From Nemertoderma westbladi (taxonomy: Eukaryota > Animalia > Xenacoelomorpha): a stretch of DNA of 64,000 bases. How positions within the stretch are numbered: the stretch's first letter is position 1; the number at the start of each line of letters is the position of its first letter. A program made the position numbers and the translations under genes. The DNA lies in NCBI GenBank assembly GCA_032718475.1, contig JAUCBJ010006781.1, positions 62,001-126,000 of the forward strand, in the 5' to 3' direction. This document shows, piece by piece, positions 12,171 through 25,450 of this stretch. A model generated the notes under the pieces. The model was not told the origin of the DNA and did not search any database. It saw only the letters and a list, made by a program, of their open reading frames with translations.

Positions 12171-13080
12171 CTATATGCGTCCGAAAACGAGGCCTCCTTT
12201 ATAGTAGCTATTGAGAAGCAAGTCCTTCATATCATTTTCAGAATAAATGTGGTAAGGAACCATCATCTGGTAAGCACAAGTAGAGTAACTTAAACGGCAT
12301 TTGCAATTCACTTCACTACACTCTTTAAACATTATGAATAGCCGGGGTATAAACGAGGGGGTTACTGATCAAAATAGCCATTTAAACAGAGCATCCTTCG
12401 ACAAACTCAGATTTCCAACAACTAACTGTGTGGATTCCAGGTCGGTTAAAATAGAACTCATCCAATACCGGATGTCGGTTTCCTTGTTGAACGAATTCGA
12501 GCCAGCTACAGAGCGGTTCATACAAGTAGCACTATCCCATATCTTGGCAAGCTTTAAGACCGGTGGTGGAACACACAAAAACTTATATAATATACATTTC
12601 TTAAGGTTCACTTTGCTAACGACTTTAAGAAACTCATCTTTCAGTGGGTCAATTGCTCCTTTATTTTTTAATATAAGCGATTGCAAAAATAATTCTGAAA
12701 TTCTCCGTTTATCTGCCAATGTTGGATTCTGTGGAATCAGAATGCCGGCCTCAATGCATTGCTCTCTAACTTCTTCTGAAAAGACGCCCGCCAAGATATC
12801 ATTCGAAATAATATTTGGCACCTTACCAACTCCTTCTAAAAAATTCAAACAATTTGACCACTCATCGAACACAATATACCTGCTCACAATAGGATGCAGG
12901 ATGCTAAGCAACTGTTCGCCGTGTAGAAGAATGCTACCAATAATTTTACCGATTTTACCAATCTCCTTTAATTCTGTAGTAGTAAATTTTGTCATTTTCT
13001 TGACATCATATTGTTTAGCAACAGAATCTTCTTCTATAACCGCGACATCGGAATCAATTACATCATCCGGGCTAGCTTCA
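12171..13080 (-). pseudogene. Intronless HECT-domain E3 ligase fragment (G2E3-like) with an in-frame stop
   Basis: ORF 12995-12369 (IGKIIGSILLHG...LHP) ends LFKWLF*. Reading through the TGA continues in frame SVTP...YSTCAYQMMVP...GLVFGRI* to 12171. This matches the HECT C-lobe (FxTGS, HTCxxxLxLP catalytic Cys, terminal FG). The 5' end is cut off by a satellite. Confidence 0.7.
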
Positions 13081-13104
13081 AGAATGTTAATTAGAATGCT
13101 TCAA

Positions 13105-13628
13105 GAATTAATTATTTTCTCGCGAGTTTAATAATTTATCTCGCGAGTTTAAACATTTATCTCACGAGATTAATAATTTTATCGCGAGTTTAATAATTTA
13201 TCTCGCGAGTTTAAACATTTATCTCGCGAGATTATTTATTTTCTCGCAAGTTTAATCATTTATCTCGCGAGTTTAATTAATTTCTCGCGAGATTAATGAT
13301 TTTCTCGCGAGTTTAATCATTTACCTCGCGAGATTAATTATTTTCTCGCGAGTTTAATCATTTATCTCGCGAGATTAATTAATTTCTCGCGAGTTTAATA
13401 ATTTATCTCGCGAGATTAATTATTTTCTCGCGAGTTTAATCATTTATTTCGCGAGATTATTTATTATTTATTATAATTTTATAATTATAATTTATCACGA
13501 GATTATTCTTTATAATTGTCTCGCGAGTTTAATGATTTTTTTCGCGAGTTTAATTATTTTCTCGCGAGTTTAATAATTTTCTCGCGAGTTTAATAATTTT
13601 CTCGCGAGTTTAATCATTTATCTCGGGA
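13105..13628. repeat. ~21-22 bp minisatellite with palindromic TCTCGCGAG(A) core
   Basis: About 20+ copies of (TTTAATAATTTATCTCGCGAG)-like units. Confidence 0.93.
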
Positions 13629-13679
13629 CTAAATTCAGAAGAATATCAAGGGGAATTAAAATGTCGAATAAAAATACTA

Positions 13680-14100
13680 AAAGTATGCCATATAATACTT
13701 CCCAAGTTGCAAACACATGTCCAGGGTCTTCATTTGATTGTAATAGATCACGAAAGTCTGCCATTATTTGGTAAGCATTGGCTTGACGAGTTAGTAATAG
13801 GAGTCGTTCAATTACGTCATGATATGACAAGAGATGTACCAGTCAAATCCAATTACTCCTCCAAAGACTGCCTATCAAATATCAAATATGATTTTGCTGA
13901 TGTATTTACAGTACATTATCCTTATACAGATATCGCAAGCTACATTTTCATTACAAGATAACAACACCAAACCACGTTTCTTCAATTGTCATCGATAGCT
14001 CATGGATACAAAGATAAAGTCTAAGAAATTTTACAAGAAGATATAGAAAAAGGAATTTTATGCAGTTATAGCAACAACGAATGGCAAACTAAAAGTCTGT
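13680..14100 (+). pseudogene. Degraded Ty3/Gypsy pol fragment (protease end / RT start)
   Basis: LPLFGKHWLDEL resembles LLGRDWL; then YDFADVF and KPRFF, with stops and frameshifts. Confidence 0.5.
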
Positions 14101-14119
14101 GATGATTAAATTTGAAGTT

Positions 14120-14770
14120 AGGAGAATTCCGACCCAGAAAATTCCGACCCGGACAATTCCGACCCGGACAATTCTGACTCATTCAAAGATCTAATGAAAT
14201 TTTCATGGGTCGGATTTGTCCGGGTCGGAATTGTATGGGTCGGAATTGTCCGGGTCGGAATTGTCCGGGTCGGAATTGTCCGGGTCGGAATTGTCCGGGT
14301 CGGAATTGTCCGGGTCGTAATTGTCCGGGTCGGAATTGTCCGGGTCGGATTTGTCCGGGTCGGATTTGTCCGGGTCGTAATTGTCCGGGTCGGAATTGTC
14401 CGGGTCGTAATAGTCCGGGTCGGAATTGTACGGGTCGGAATTGTCCGGCGGAATTGTCCGGGTCGTAATTGTCTGGGTAGCAATTGTCCGGGTCGGATTT
14501 GACCAGGTCGTAATTGTCCGGGTCGGAATTGTCCGGGTCGGAATTGTCCGGGTCGGATTTGTCCGGGTCGTAATAGTCCGGGTCGGAATTGTACGGGTCG
14601 GAATTGTCCGGCGGAATTGTCCAGGTCGGAATTGTCCGGGTTAGGATTTGTCCGGGTCGTAATAGTCCGGGTTGGTATTGTACAGGTCGGAATTGTCCGG
14701 CAGAATTGTCCGGGTCGGAATTGTCCGGGTCGGATTTGTCCAGGTCGTAATTGTCCGGGTCGGAATAGTA
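14120..14770. repeat. 15 bp minisatellite (GTCCGGGTCGGAATT)n with a short inverted block; foldback/MITE-like
   Basis: About 4 copies AATTCCGACCCGGAC at 14122-14185 face about 38 reverse-complement copies at 14200-14765. Confidence 0.88.
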
Positions 14771-14774
14771 CGAC

Positions 14775-16803
14775 GCTGAGTGTCGTCAACTAAAGAGTTC
14801 ACTAATGGTAGCAATGCGAGCTCGCAACGTATCGACAGGCGACAACCAGCGTTTTTGGAACCTACGCAAAGAGTATAAACAGGTTATAAAATCAAAGCGA
14901 TCACAGTACGACGAGAACCAACTCCTCGATAAGATAAACCGAGCTGAAGTGAAGCCGTGGTCTCTTTTTCAAACGCACATTCCCACTGTAGCACCCATTG
15001 ATACAACCAAACTCGAAACCCATTTCACTAATTTATTTAGCGAGCCGAATAATCTGCCAAACTGCCCACAGATCCCTACAACAAGCAATTCCGAGCTCGA
15101 CGCCGATGAATGGTTCAACAATGACTTTACAACGAACGAGGTTCTGGAGGCCATCTCAGAATCGACAAACAACAAATCGTGTGGACTAGACCAAATCTTC
15201 TACGAACACTTAAAACTTGTGGCGCCATTTATTATAACCTTTCTCACGATACTATATAACGTATGTCTCCACCTCGGAAGAATCCCAGTGGCCTGGGAAC
15301 AGAGTTTAATTAAAATTTTGTACAAGGCCACCGGAGCAATTACAAACCCTGATAACTACAGCGGCATTGCCTTGCTTTCGGTTTTCTTTAAAGTTCTAAC
15401 CGCGATTATAAACAAGCGAGTACGCAAAGAAATAAAGAACCGCATCCCTGACGTCCAGTATGGCTTTGTGCCGGGTAAGTCAACTCGCCACGCAGCCGAT
15501 AAACTACTCTCCGACATATCCTCCAGCAAACACACCACACCTTTGCAGCTTTCGACGACTTTCGTAAAGCCTTCGATGTCGTTAGCAGGGCTATGCTACT
15601 CTATAAATTATACAGTTTCGGTATCAAAGGGAAATTATTAAATATCATCAGAGACATACTAGACAACTGGATTCAGGTTTACGACGGTCTAAGTTTATCC
15701 AACATCATCCACCAACTACGAGGTATATTACAGGGGGACTGCTTTTCGCCAACTGCCTTCATTATATTTATAACAGACCTAGCTTGTGCAATCCGAATAG
15801 CTACCGACCTCGTTAAACTAATATTTTACGCCGATGACTTAGTGCTCTACTCCGACAACCGCGAAGAACTACAGCGCGCCCTTAATGCCTTACACAGCTG
15901 GTGTCTAATCAATGGTATGACAGTCAATCTTAAAAAGTTCAATCTTAAATTATAAAGTTTCGAAGAGCCGGTCGCCTCGCCCTTTCTGATAAATTCACCT
16001 ATGATGGGAAAATAATTGAAATCGTAAACAAATATGAATATCTCGGTTTAATTCTACAACCTTCTCAATGTTTCTCAGAACACATCCAGCAAAAGAAAAT
16101 ATAGGCTCACTCAATTACTGGCTCCATGCGACACCTCCCGCTTCTCTCAATCGAAACAGGACTAGAAATATTTAACATGAAAATCTACTCCGCAGCACTA
16201 TATCTCATAACATCGTATGGCAAATATCTTTCTTTCAAAAATCTAAAGGAACTGGACAAAATTAAAACAAGTTATATCAAGAGAATGTTGTCACTGCACT
16301 CGTCATCCTCCTCCACTCTCGCTTTAATGTTAGTTGGGGAAATCTCTCTAATGGAAACCGTCATAAATAAATACCCGGACCTAATCACTGCCAACGTCCG
16401 CACATCATACCTCGATTTCCGGCGCAAACGCGAAGCCAACGTCATATCGGAAGGCTACCTAAACGGCCCTGCCTTTGCTTGTTCCGTATGGAAGCAACCG
16501 GGCCAACAGACACGCCACCACATCACCCGGGCCACGTCGCACGGATTCCACCATCTGATCTGCGCCACCAACACTCGCTTCCACACCATCTCTGTAGACT
16601 GTCTGTGCCGCCACTGCCACAACCAATGTGGGAACCGCTACCACGCCCTTAACTGAGCCGCTTGTCCCAACCTCGCACTTCTCGCCTCGACCATTAACTT
16701 AAGAAACTAATATTTATTTTATTTTATATCCATTTTACTGTTAAAATAATATTGATTTTACCGAATTTCATTTACCCCGTTGCGGAGTGTATATTATTAT
16801 TAA
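14775..16803 (+). mobile_element. 5'-truncated, frameshifted non-LTR retrotransposon (LINE RT + C-terminal Cys/His finger)
   Basis: Motifs KSCGLDQI, NYSGIALLS, QYGFVPGKST, DFRKAFD (at a frameshift), GILQGDCFSP, FYADD, YEYLGL and CRHC...H, spread over three frames. Ends in a (TAT)n-like tail near 16790-16803. Confidence 0.88.
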
Positions 16804-16809
16804 TGGATA

Positions 16810-17500
16810 TGTAGATATGAAACAAATGAAGGAGTTAGCGCGTGATGTAGTGTGGTGGCCTGGTCCCAATAGAGACAATGAGTTTATACTTCTTTAAATC
16901 CAATGCCTGAACCCCGTGAAGCATTTGATAGAATTCATTCAGAATTTCCGGCATTTGAAGGATCAACACTTTCTGGCATTATCTGCACTAAGACGAAATG
17001 GTCACGAGTTATCGCTGTGAAAACAAATCCAACTTCTCAAACTGTTATTAAAGAAAGCCGTGGTTTCTCCGCTGATTTCTCTGTCCCTCGCATTGTGGAT
17101 TCCGATAATGTGCCGCAATTTCGATGTGATTAGTTTGCAGATTTTCTGAAAGAAAATGGTATCACACACTGTCTATCACCAGCATATAAGCCAAATTGTA
17201 ATGGGGCATCGGAAAGACTAGTACAGTCTTTTAAACAACATTAAAAATAAACTGGCTGAATCAAATCTAAACATTCAGGAGAAAGTGTCAACTTATCTGT
17301 CAACATCACAACCAAGAGTAAAGTAACGGTCTCAGCCTCGCTGAAATGGTATTTGAAGGAAGGAAAACCCGCCTAAATCGACTTTTAGAATTCCCTTTCA
17401 AACCCAATCCGACCAACAACATTCTTACTAATTTCAACGAAGGAGATGCTATATAGGTTCGAAATTTTTCTCGAATCAATAACAAGGAAAACAAGGGGTT
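16810..17500 (+). pseudogene. Degraded Ty3/Gypsy integrase fragment
   Basis: MKELARDVVWWPG, FDRIHSEF, IVDSDNVPQF, FLKENGITH, PNCNGASERLVQSFK, with stops. Confidence 0.8.
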
Positions 17501-17604
17501 ACCTGCTGGTTACCTATTTTTGGATTCAGCAACTTACACTAAACATTGGAATTCTAGAATACTATATGGAACTTCTAAAAATTCGTAGCTTATTTTCTCA
17601 TTTA

Positions 17605-18034
17605 AGGCCATGATACACCACAGGAGCGGCGAGCGGCAGCGGCGAGCGGCTGCGGCGAGCGGCCGCGGCAAGCGGCAGCGGTGTGCAGCAGCGGCGAGCG
17701 GCCGCGGCAAGTGGCAGCGGCGAGCGGCAGCGGCGAGCGGCCACAGCAAGCGGCAGCGGCGAGCGGCAGCAGCGAGCAGCCGCGGTAAGCGGCAGCGGCC
17801 GTGGCAAGCAGCCGCGGCAAGCGGCAGCGGCGAGCGGCAGCGGCAAGCGGCAGCGGCGAGCGGCCACTTTTTAAAAATAGAACACATTATTTTCTATGGG
17901 TGATGATACACCACAAATTACACCACCGCTCGCCGCTCCTCTGGTGTATCCAATCAAAAGTCGCCGCTCACAGTGGCCGCTCGCCGCGGCCACCCGCCGC
18001 TGCCGCTCGCTGCTCCTGTGGTGTATCATGGCCT
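17605..18034. mobile_element. PIF/Harbinger-type MITE with an internal GCGGCA/GCGGCGA repeat
   Basis: TIR AGGCCATGATACACCACAGGAGC(G/A)GCGAGCGGCAGCGGCG at both ends; TTA target duplication at 17602-17604 and 18035-18037. Confidence 0.85.
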
Positions 18035-18684
18035 TTAGGTAGTGATATATTTCTCAATCCCTTGGTTTTTTGAACTGAACAATTTCCAGAGGGGATGTTG
18101 TTAGGTGTTTATACTGTACTGTACAGTGTATATTAGACCTTTGCATATATTAGATTACCAGTACCGCAATATGAAATACAGAAATATACACATGAAGCAA
18201 GTCGGAGAGTGAAATCATACTGGTTGTTGTTCAATTACTCCTCACATAAATTGTTAGCATATTATGGAAGAGGACGCCTAAAAATCCGTTTCTTAGCAAC
18301 GCTTTGAACAAATTGATTACTACAATAGACCCAATAAAAGACAGTCAGATCCAGATATCGGTCGGAACATACAGGAAATCAAATACGAAATAACAAGTCT
18401 TTAGATGGGATAGATTATTAACCTTAGCCCATGTAGCCCCATGGCTACATGGGCCCATGTACCGAAACAAAACGGATAATTTGTTTAAAATCTCTGATGG
18501 GCGGCTATGATACTATTAAATATTTTGTTAGCATCCTTATAAAATACATGGAAAGAAAAGTAGGCCTACACTAAGCAAGCACATGCATTCATACTAAAAA
18601 TATTCAAAATTTATTCGAATGTTAATAATAGTTTGATAGCTGCATGCAGAATATTTGACGAGTAACTCAGTTATTGTTACATGA

Positions 18685-18845
18685 ACCTTATTGCGGCATT
18701 CGAGCTACTTTAGCAACTTTTATTCATAAATCTCGTTAAGTGCACTTTGTACATCTGCTAAAATGGTTCATGTTTATTTAATTAAAATCCATTATCAGCC
18801 GCTCTAAGCCACGATGAGGCTCTTCCTAGGCGGTAATTTGATTGT
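18685..18845 (+). repeat. Dispersed repeat, diverged copy at ~22597-22760
   Basis: Shared TTATTGCGGCATTC...TTAAGTGCACTTTG...CCGCTCT.AGCCA..ATGAGG. Confidence 0.7.
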
Positions 18846-21494
18846 TCTTCAAATATGTATCACTACCACACTGATGATAGTTTGAGTGGTAGAGCTAACC
18901 AAGATTTCCATGGAATTTCTCAAAAGCAAGAACTAAGCGAACTCCTACAATTACTACGTTTATATTTTGGCATTGTTGCTGTTTCGCAGCTGTGAAATTT
19001 AATTATTTCTGCTATAAATCAACAATTTATACCAATTTATCAGCGCAGTATTTTATGAAAAATAAAAATCAAGATAAAATGTAAAAACTTAACGTTTTTT
19101 ATCAATATAATAAACTTTTATTGACGAAAATATAGTGATTGGTTACTGCTTTACCCAATCGGAGCTTCGCTTCTTACGGAACGGCTCCAAGGTTTTGGAC
19201 CGGGGAGGAGCCCAGGTCCAAATGAAATATATCAACTGGAACTGCTCGCGGTCGAGTGCTAGAATCCTGGACGTCTGATTGGCTATTAAGGTACACCATT
19301 TTCGGACAACTCTTGGATATATCACTCTCAGCGTTTCAAAATTGTTTGGTTTTGGCTAAAATTTGGCATATAGGTGCCTAAGATGCTATTCTACATGACA
19401 GGTCAGAAAAAAAATATCGCTATTTAATATTAGTTAAAACTAGTTAACAATAAAAAAAAACTTGGTTGCCTTAAAACCCTAAGACTTTTATAGTTTTGAA
19501 TCTAATCACATGGAAGTCTTTTTATATGATAGATCAAAGATGGGGCAACATAACTATCAGGCGAAATTTTGTTAAAATAATTCTGCACCGCTAGGTGGCG
19601 CTGCAAATTTATGCAAATTTTTAGGTTTTTTATAAATAGTATTAAATTTTATTAACAAAAAATTTCGAAAAGTTGTAATTGACCATTTCGACATATTTTG
19701 GACCAAAATGGTGTACCCCCCCCCCCCCCCCCCCTTAAACATATTGTAGCGGCCCACAAGTGCATTGTACTCCGTTTTGGTGCAAAATAGTAAAATATCA
19801 TACCAGTATAGTATACGATTATCTTATGTTACAGTGGATTACTAAAAACCGATGTTGTTGACTGTAGAGATTTAGGTGTTATGATTTAAAGCTTCATCAG
19901 CATTGAATGAACAAGCAGCAAAAGTTTTTAAATATTCAATTTTTTTTCCGGTGTTTTTAATGTTCTATTTTAATATATTTATTAACTGCGTATAAATCCT
20001 ACGTATTACCTCTAGTAGAATCATCCACTACTCCCCAAGTTTGGTATCATCCAATAATTTGAGATATAAATTAATTGAAATCGAAAGTTTGCAGCCCTAT
20101 TTCACCCGCAGGATATTTGCTCGATGTGGATTGGGTGCTCATAGTAACTTGAGGTTATTAATTTGATCTAAAAATGATTTTATTGCATTAACCATAAATT
20201 TATTCATTTAATTCGACTAGTCACTTTTTTAACATGTGCAATTATTTCAGATTCAAGAAGTTTTCAAATATTTTATATTACACAATATTGTCGCTCTAAA
20301 TTACAGATCAACCATTATGTTTTTTGTAATCGAGTTGTTTCAGTTTGGAATCATTTATTTTCAAACAAATCATGCTATCTACGCCAAAATACATCTTTAT
20401 TTCCCGTCTCAAAATTACTAACTTGCGGTAAACCTGCTGCTACATTTTATTGTAAATTTAATTGTAAACTTAAATAAAATTAAATTTAATTGTAAATTTA
20501 ATTGTAACATTTTATTGTAAATTTAATATATCGAATTATATAATTATTGTATTTTTGTTTATTGAGTGTAATTATTTCATCACATACTGTTACAGCTACA
20601 GGCCTACTATATTGTTTCCTCCCACGAATGTCGAATCTGCTTTATTCTTGTTGAACGTGTAGAATTCTACATATAATAGAAGATGGTTTTTTATATTCGA
20701 ATCCTTTTCATGTTTTTAAAATCTTCACACCTATACATTCCCTTTACCAAGCTTAGAAATCTTCTCTAAAATGCTAAATTACAACACAAATTATGACTGA
20801 CTGGTACTAATAATGCATGGTACAGTAGGCCTAATATTAGAAGGATCAGTTTTATATAGTCATACATTAAGCCATGCTCTGGTCAATGTCGTCGTGGTGT
20901 CAAAGACAATATCCTTTCAACCAAATCTTATGGTTCCGTCTCAACACCGAAATCACAAAAAACTCTCAACAAATCACACTGCCACTGGAGCGAGTCGGTG
21001 GTAAAGGCTGCCGCTCCACTGCTGACTGGTTGAGTGCGACCGTTCGTTTCTAATTGAGCGATTAACGGGATCCTATCTCGGAGAAGAGTAGAACACAAAA
21101 GCGGCATACCTTGATCTATTGCACTTCTAGTATTCTCACCATGACAGGATATATATTTACTAACTTAGATACTACAGTATCATGATGAAAACGCAATGCC
21201 AATGACACTTAAAAAATGTACACCATTTTTTGTTGAAAATCTATTCGAATGCTCACGTAGTTTGACAGCTATGCAGACTAAATTACAACAGAATATAGTC
21301 GAACAGGGTGGATCTAGGACACCCCCCCCCCCCCCCCCCCCCCCCCCCCAGTTAAAGTGTTAAAATAAATCTGGGTGCATCAAAGCAATAAACAATAGTT
21401 AACGATGGTTCCAGGAAAAGTTGTATCTAGACAAGTTTTTTCAAAATTATAAAAGAAACATTTTTATAGTCAAATTTTGTTTGTTTTTCTTTTA

Positions 21495-21670
21495 ATTAGG
21501 GGCTGCCGCCCCCAAACCTCCGCTTCTTTTGTTGGGTGCTGCCGCCCCCAAACCCCTGCTTCTATTCTTGGGAGCTGCCGCCCCCAAACCTCCGCTTCTT
21601 TTCTTGGGGGCTGCCGCCCCCAAACCCCCGCTTCTTTTCTTGGGGGTTATTGCCCCCAGACCCCGGCATT
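21495..21670 (+). repeat. ~36-37 bp minisatellite GGGGCTGCCGCCCCCAAACC.CCGCTTCTTTT, about 5 copies
   Basis: Direct inspection; each unit carries a GGGGC-TGCC-GCCCC hairpin. Confidence 0.85.
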
Positions 21671-22337
21671 TCCCTGAGTGCCCGTGGTGAAAGACTTAAG
21701 ACCATTTTGAAATAATAAGTTCATGTTTGTATCATCAGATAATAAATTGACTAAGCCTAAAGTAGGAGCTGTATTGAATGTTAACCAAATTAATATATAA
21801 ATTACTACAATATTATATAATTCAACAAAATCCTATTAAAAATATTGCAAGTAATCAGGAAATGTATTATGTAGTGTGTATAATATCTATAGTATGTATA
21901 GTAATATATATATCAATATGTAATGCTGAACACAGAATACAGGTCGACGCATGTCGATTTTACCCTGGAGAGGTATAATTTTCATTGCAACAATAATATT
22001 CTATTCATGCCCATCTGCTACAATTTGAAGAAGACTATTACATAATAATACCTATAATTAAAACTATTAATTATTATAATTCTATAGTTAATAAAAATAG
22101 TATATCATTCGGGGGATGGAATTTATAGGTCATCTAATTAATTGTTTAAAGATTAGCAAACAATACAATGTAGCATTGATAAAACCCATAAATAAAACTC
22201 GGATATAAAATGTAAAATCGGGATGAAAAAGATCACTTTCTGAGCTACGAAAGGAAAATAGGTTACAACTTATCTGGATACAAGCGGTCCGTTTACCTTA
22301 CAAAATGAAAAATACGAATGTGCGAAGTTAAGAACAG

Positions 22338-22560
22338 TCGGGGGGGAAGTGTCCGGGGGGAAGTGTCTGGGGGGGGAAGTGTCCGGGGGGAAGTGTCTGG
22401 GGGGGAAGTGTCCGGGGGGGGGAAGTGTCCGGGGGGGAAGTGTCTGGGGGGGAAGTGTCCGGGGGGGAAGTGTCTGGGGGGAAGTGTCCGGGGGGGAAGT
22501 GTCTTACTTGAGCGGGGGGGAACTGTCCGGGGGGGAAGTGTCCGGGGGGGAAGTGTCCGA
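22338..22560 (+). repeat. G-rich ~15 bp minisatellite (GGGGGGAAGTGTCC/T)n, G-quadruplex capable
   Basis: About 14 copies with G6-G9 runs. Confidence 0.9.
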
Positions 22561-25324
22561 ACACCGAACAGAGTAACTATTTTATTGTCACACGATCTTT
22601 ATTGCGGCATTCAGCCTACTCTAGGAACTAACTGTTACTTAGAAAATCTCCTTAAGTGCACTTTGCACTTCTGCTAATGATTAATGTTTATATTATTATA
22701 AAACACATTATCCGCCCGCTCTCAGCCATAATGAGGTTTTTCAAGGCGTTAATTTATCATGTTCTGTTCAAGGTCCCACCCATATCATAGGGTTGTGGGG
22801 CGAGCGACGAAAGTAAGCGAGCTTAGCATACAGGTACCACTAACTCAATCGGTGTGTCTGTTGATCTGTCGATCTGTTGATCTGTCGATCTGTTGTTCTG
22901 TCGTTCTGTTGTTCTGTTGTTCTGTCGTGTCCAATTTTAAACGTTAATAACTCAGCCAAATGTTAATGAAATTTAACCAAACTTGGTACACATTAGTCTG
23001 GCCAAAGTTTAGAAATTTTCCAAGTTGAATTTTCGCGTGGCCTTCGAGAAGCTAAGATAATAGCAGTTAATTAGTTAATTAAGTTGATTAGGGTAAAAAC
23101 ATCAATTTCAACCTGCCTCCTTAAAGGATATTAATTATTTTCTAGTATAAGATTTAAATAATTATACTTAAAAGTTATACAGCTGTAATCCCCATACAAC
23201 ATTCCATTATAGTTTTTAATTAGTTCAAGTGATTTGCTTTAATAAATGTGTCTTTAATTGATCTAAACGTAATTAAAGCGGCACAATTATTGAGTACAAA
23301 TTTAATCCTTCCCATTATTGGTCAACATAGTCTCTGCGGGGTGTAGAGCTGCTAGCTGGCACCAGGGCAGAGGGGAATTGTACTGTAATAGGTATGGCTG
23401 TTGTAGGCTTATATCTGAAGTAGTTTATTCCGCAATATATTTGTCTGGTTATTTTTTAATTGAATTTTTGCAAAGTAGTAAAATTAATGTTCTTAAAAAT
23501 AATATTATTATTTATATGTAACCTAGGAAATTGGCTACTTATTTTCGCTGCAGCTTTAAGAGTGTACATTGATTTAATATTATTTCAATACCCATATTAC
23601 TACATCGGCATACGATGCGTTGGCGTTGTATCACACATCTCCACATAGATGTATCAGCAGTTACTCGCACAGTTTCGAAACTTCGCATAGTTATAACTGT
23701 ATAAAGATCGTCAGTCTTGGTTTAGGAAAAATATTTTAATGAAAAACAGGACGAGCGACGAGCGCAACGAGGCATATAATGAAGACCAGTACTGCGTAGA
23801 CTATGTTCCTATAAACCATACCTGGCTGCGCCTATTGAAGACATCGGTAGTTATAAAGATCGTCCGTCAGTCTGCGTTTAGGAAATATGTTTAACTACAA
23901 AACAGGACGAGCACAACGACGTTTATAATAATGAAGACGAGTACTGCCTACTGCGTTGAAGGCATTGGTAGTTATAAATTACTGGTGGGTGGGAAGGGTG
24001 GGGGGGGGGGGGGGTGCAGATTAAAAGGGGTGAACACGTACTGTCCCCCTTTCTTTGATTGATTGGTGGTGTGGGTAAATTTTTCAAAACCTGGTTTTGT
24101 GATACAGTCGCTCAATTTTAATCTGTATCTGATAACTGAGCCTCGTCCTGCGCGATGGCCCCGCGAACGTGTTAAGCAGTACCTACAGTTAATCAAGACT
24201 TTCTTCTTAAAGGCCTAAGACGAAATTGCATTTTTCTCAAACTAAACAACAATTTTTCAAGTAACTATTTTGGTTCAATTTCGAAAAAAAATCTGTTGGC
24301 GTATTTGATGTTTCATATGTGAAATTTAACACTTGATATTGTAAAACGATTAATTCAAAATGAAAATGAAAGATTAATTTATGCTATAATTTGTAATTTT
24401 GGTTAAAATCTATTCACTATGATATACAGCAAAAAGAATAGGTAAAAATTAATAAACTAATTTAATTCAAAATGACACCTTGATAACTAAAAAAATTCCA
24501 CATCTTAATAGCAACTCTGTAATTTTGGAAAATAATAGTCGAGATAAAATACAACAACCTAAAATTTCTTTGTAAATATATAATGTTTTATTTACGAAAA
24601 TAATGTGATTGGGTACTGCGTATATACTGAAATGTTTGGATACTGCAATAGGAGATTTAAAAAAAATAAAAAAAATTTGGGCTAATTATATCATAATAAT
24701 AATATCTATATTTGGCTAAATTTATGATACATAGTGAAGCAGAAGAAATAAAAGGCATTATAATTATATATGACAGCAGTGTTGATGGAGATATAATTGG
24801 ATAATGCGTTTAACTACTGAATATTTGCCTTTTATAGATTATTTAATAGCTAGTTTAGTGGGTAATTGCTTAGTGCTTACTGGGTTTATGTATATATATT
24901 GAGTTTTTAAATTTATAATTTACTTTTTAGATGATTGACAGGTTGTTGTCATTTGCAGGAAGAAGATGTCGATATGCACCCAGGAAACTCATTACTTCTT
25001 GCGATCAATGCCCTAACCCCACCACCCTAACTCACAACCTAGGCCTATCTATAAAGATTTGATTATCCCCGTAGTTAAATATCGATTATGATATTTATTC
25101 ATTACAACTTTAGCAAATTAATACCTTAGTCGGCGGCACACAAAATAACTTTTATTTAGTCAATGACAGTAAAATGTGTGAAAGAGAGTGGCAGTAAAAG
25201 ATTGACAGACAAGAATTCTATGGGGTATAAACTTAAGGAAGTAAATACATCATGGCTCGGCACCATACAGTCATTTCAAAGTCAACATTATACTATTAAT
25301 ATTATTTACTGGGTTCTATTGGTT

Positions 25325-25450
25325 GTAGGTTCAGCCCCGCCAGGGTCCACTCAGCCTTTCATCCACTGGGGTCGATAAAATGAGTACCAGTCAATAACTG
25401 GGAGCAAATCTTGGGATAGGAGTAGCGCCCACCCCTACCCTCGGGTAGCA
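25325..25450 (+). mobile_element. SINE-like body fragment split by the RTE insertion (continues at 26828-26940)
   Basis: GGGTCCACTCAGCCTTTCATCC...GGGGTCGATAAAATGAGTACCAG resembles a conserved segment of widespread tRNA-derived SINEs (recalled, not searched). The continuation ends in a T-run. Confidence 0.5.

Noticed and set aside
12301-13131. 276 aa plus-strand ORF
   Set aside because: Antisense shadow of the HECT-like frame; no motifs.
14118-14789. Repetitive ORFs (PGQFR/TIPTR), and similar ORFs at 17534-18073 and 22318-22677
   Set aside because: Minisatellite translations.
20870-21140. GC-richer patch that might be an exon (similar patch at 19143-19330)
   Set aside because: No recognisable protein motif or consistent splice sites.
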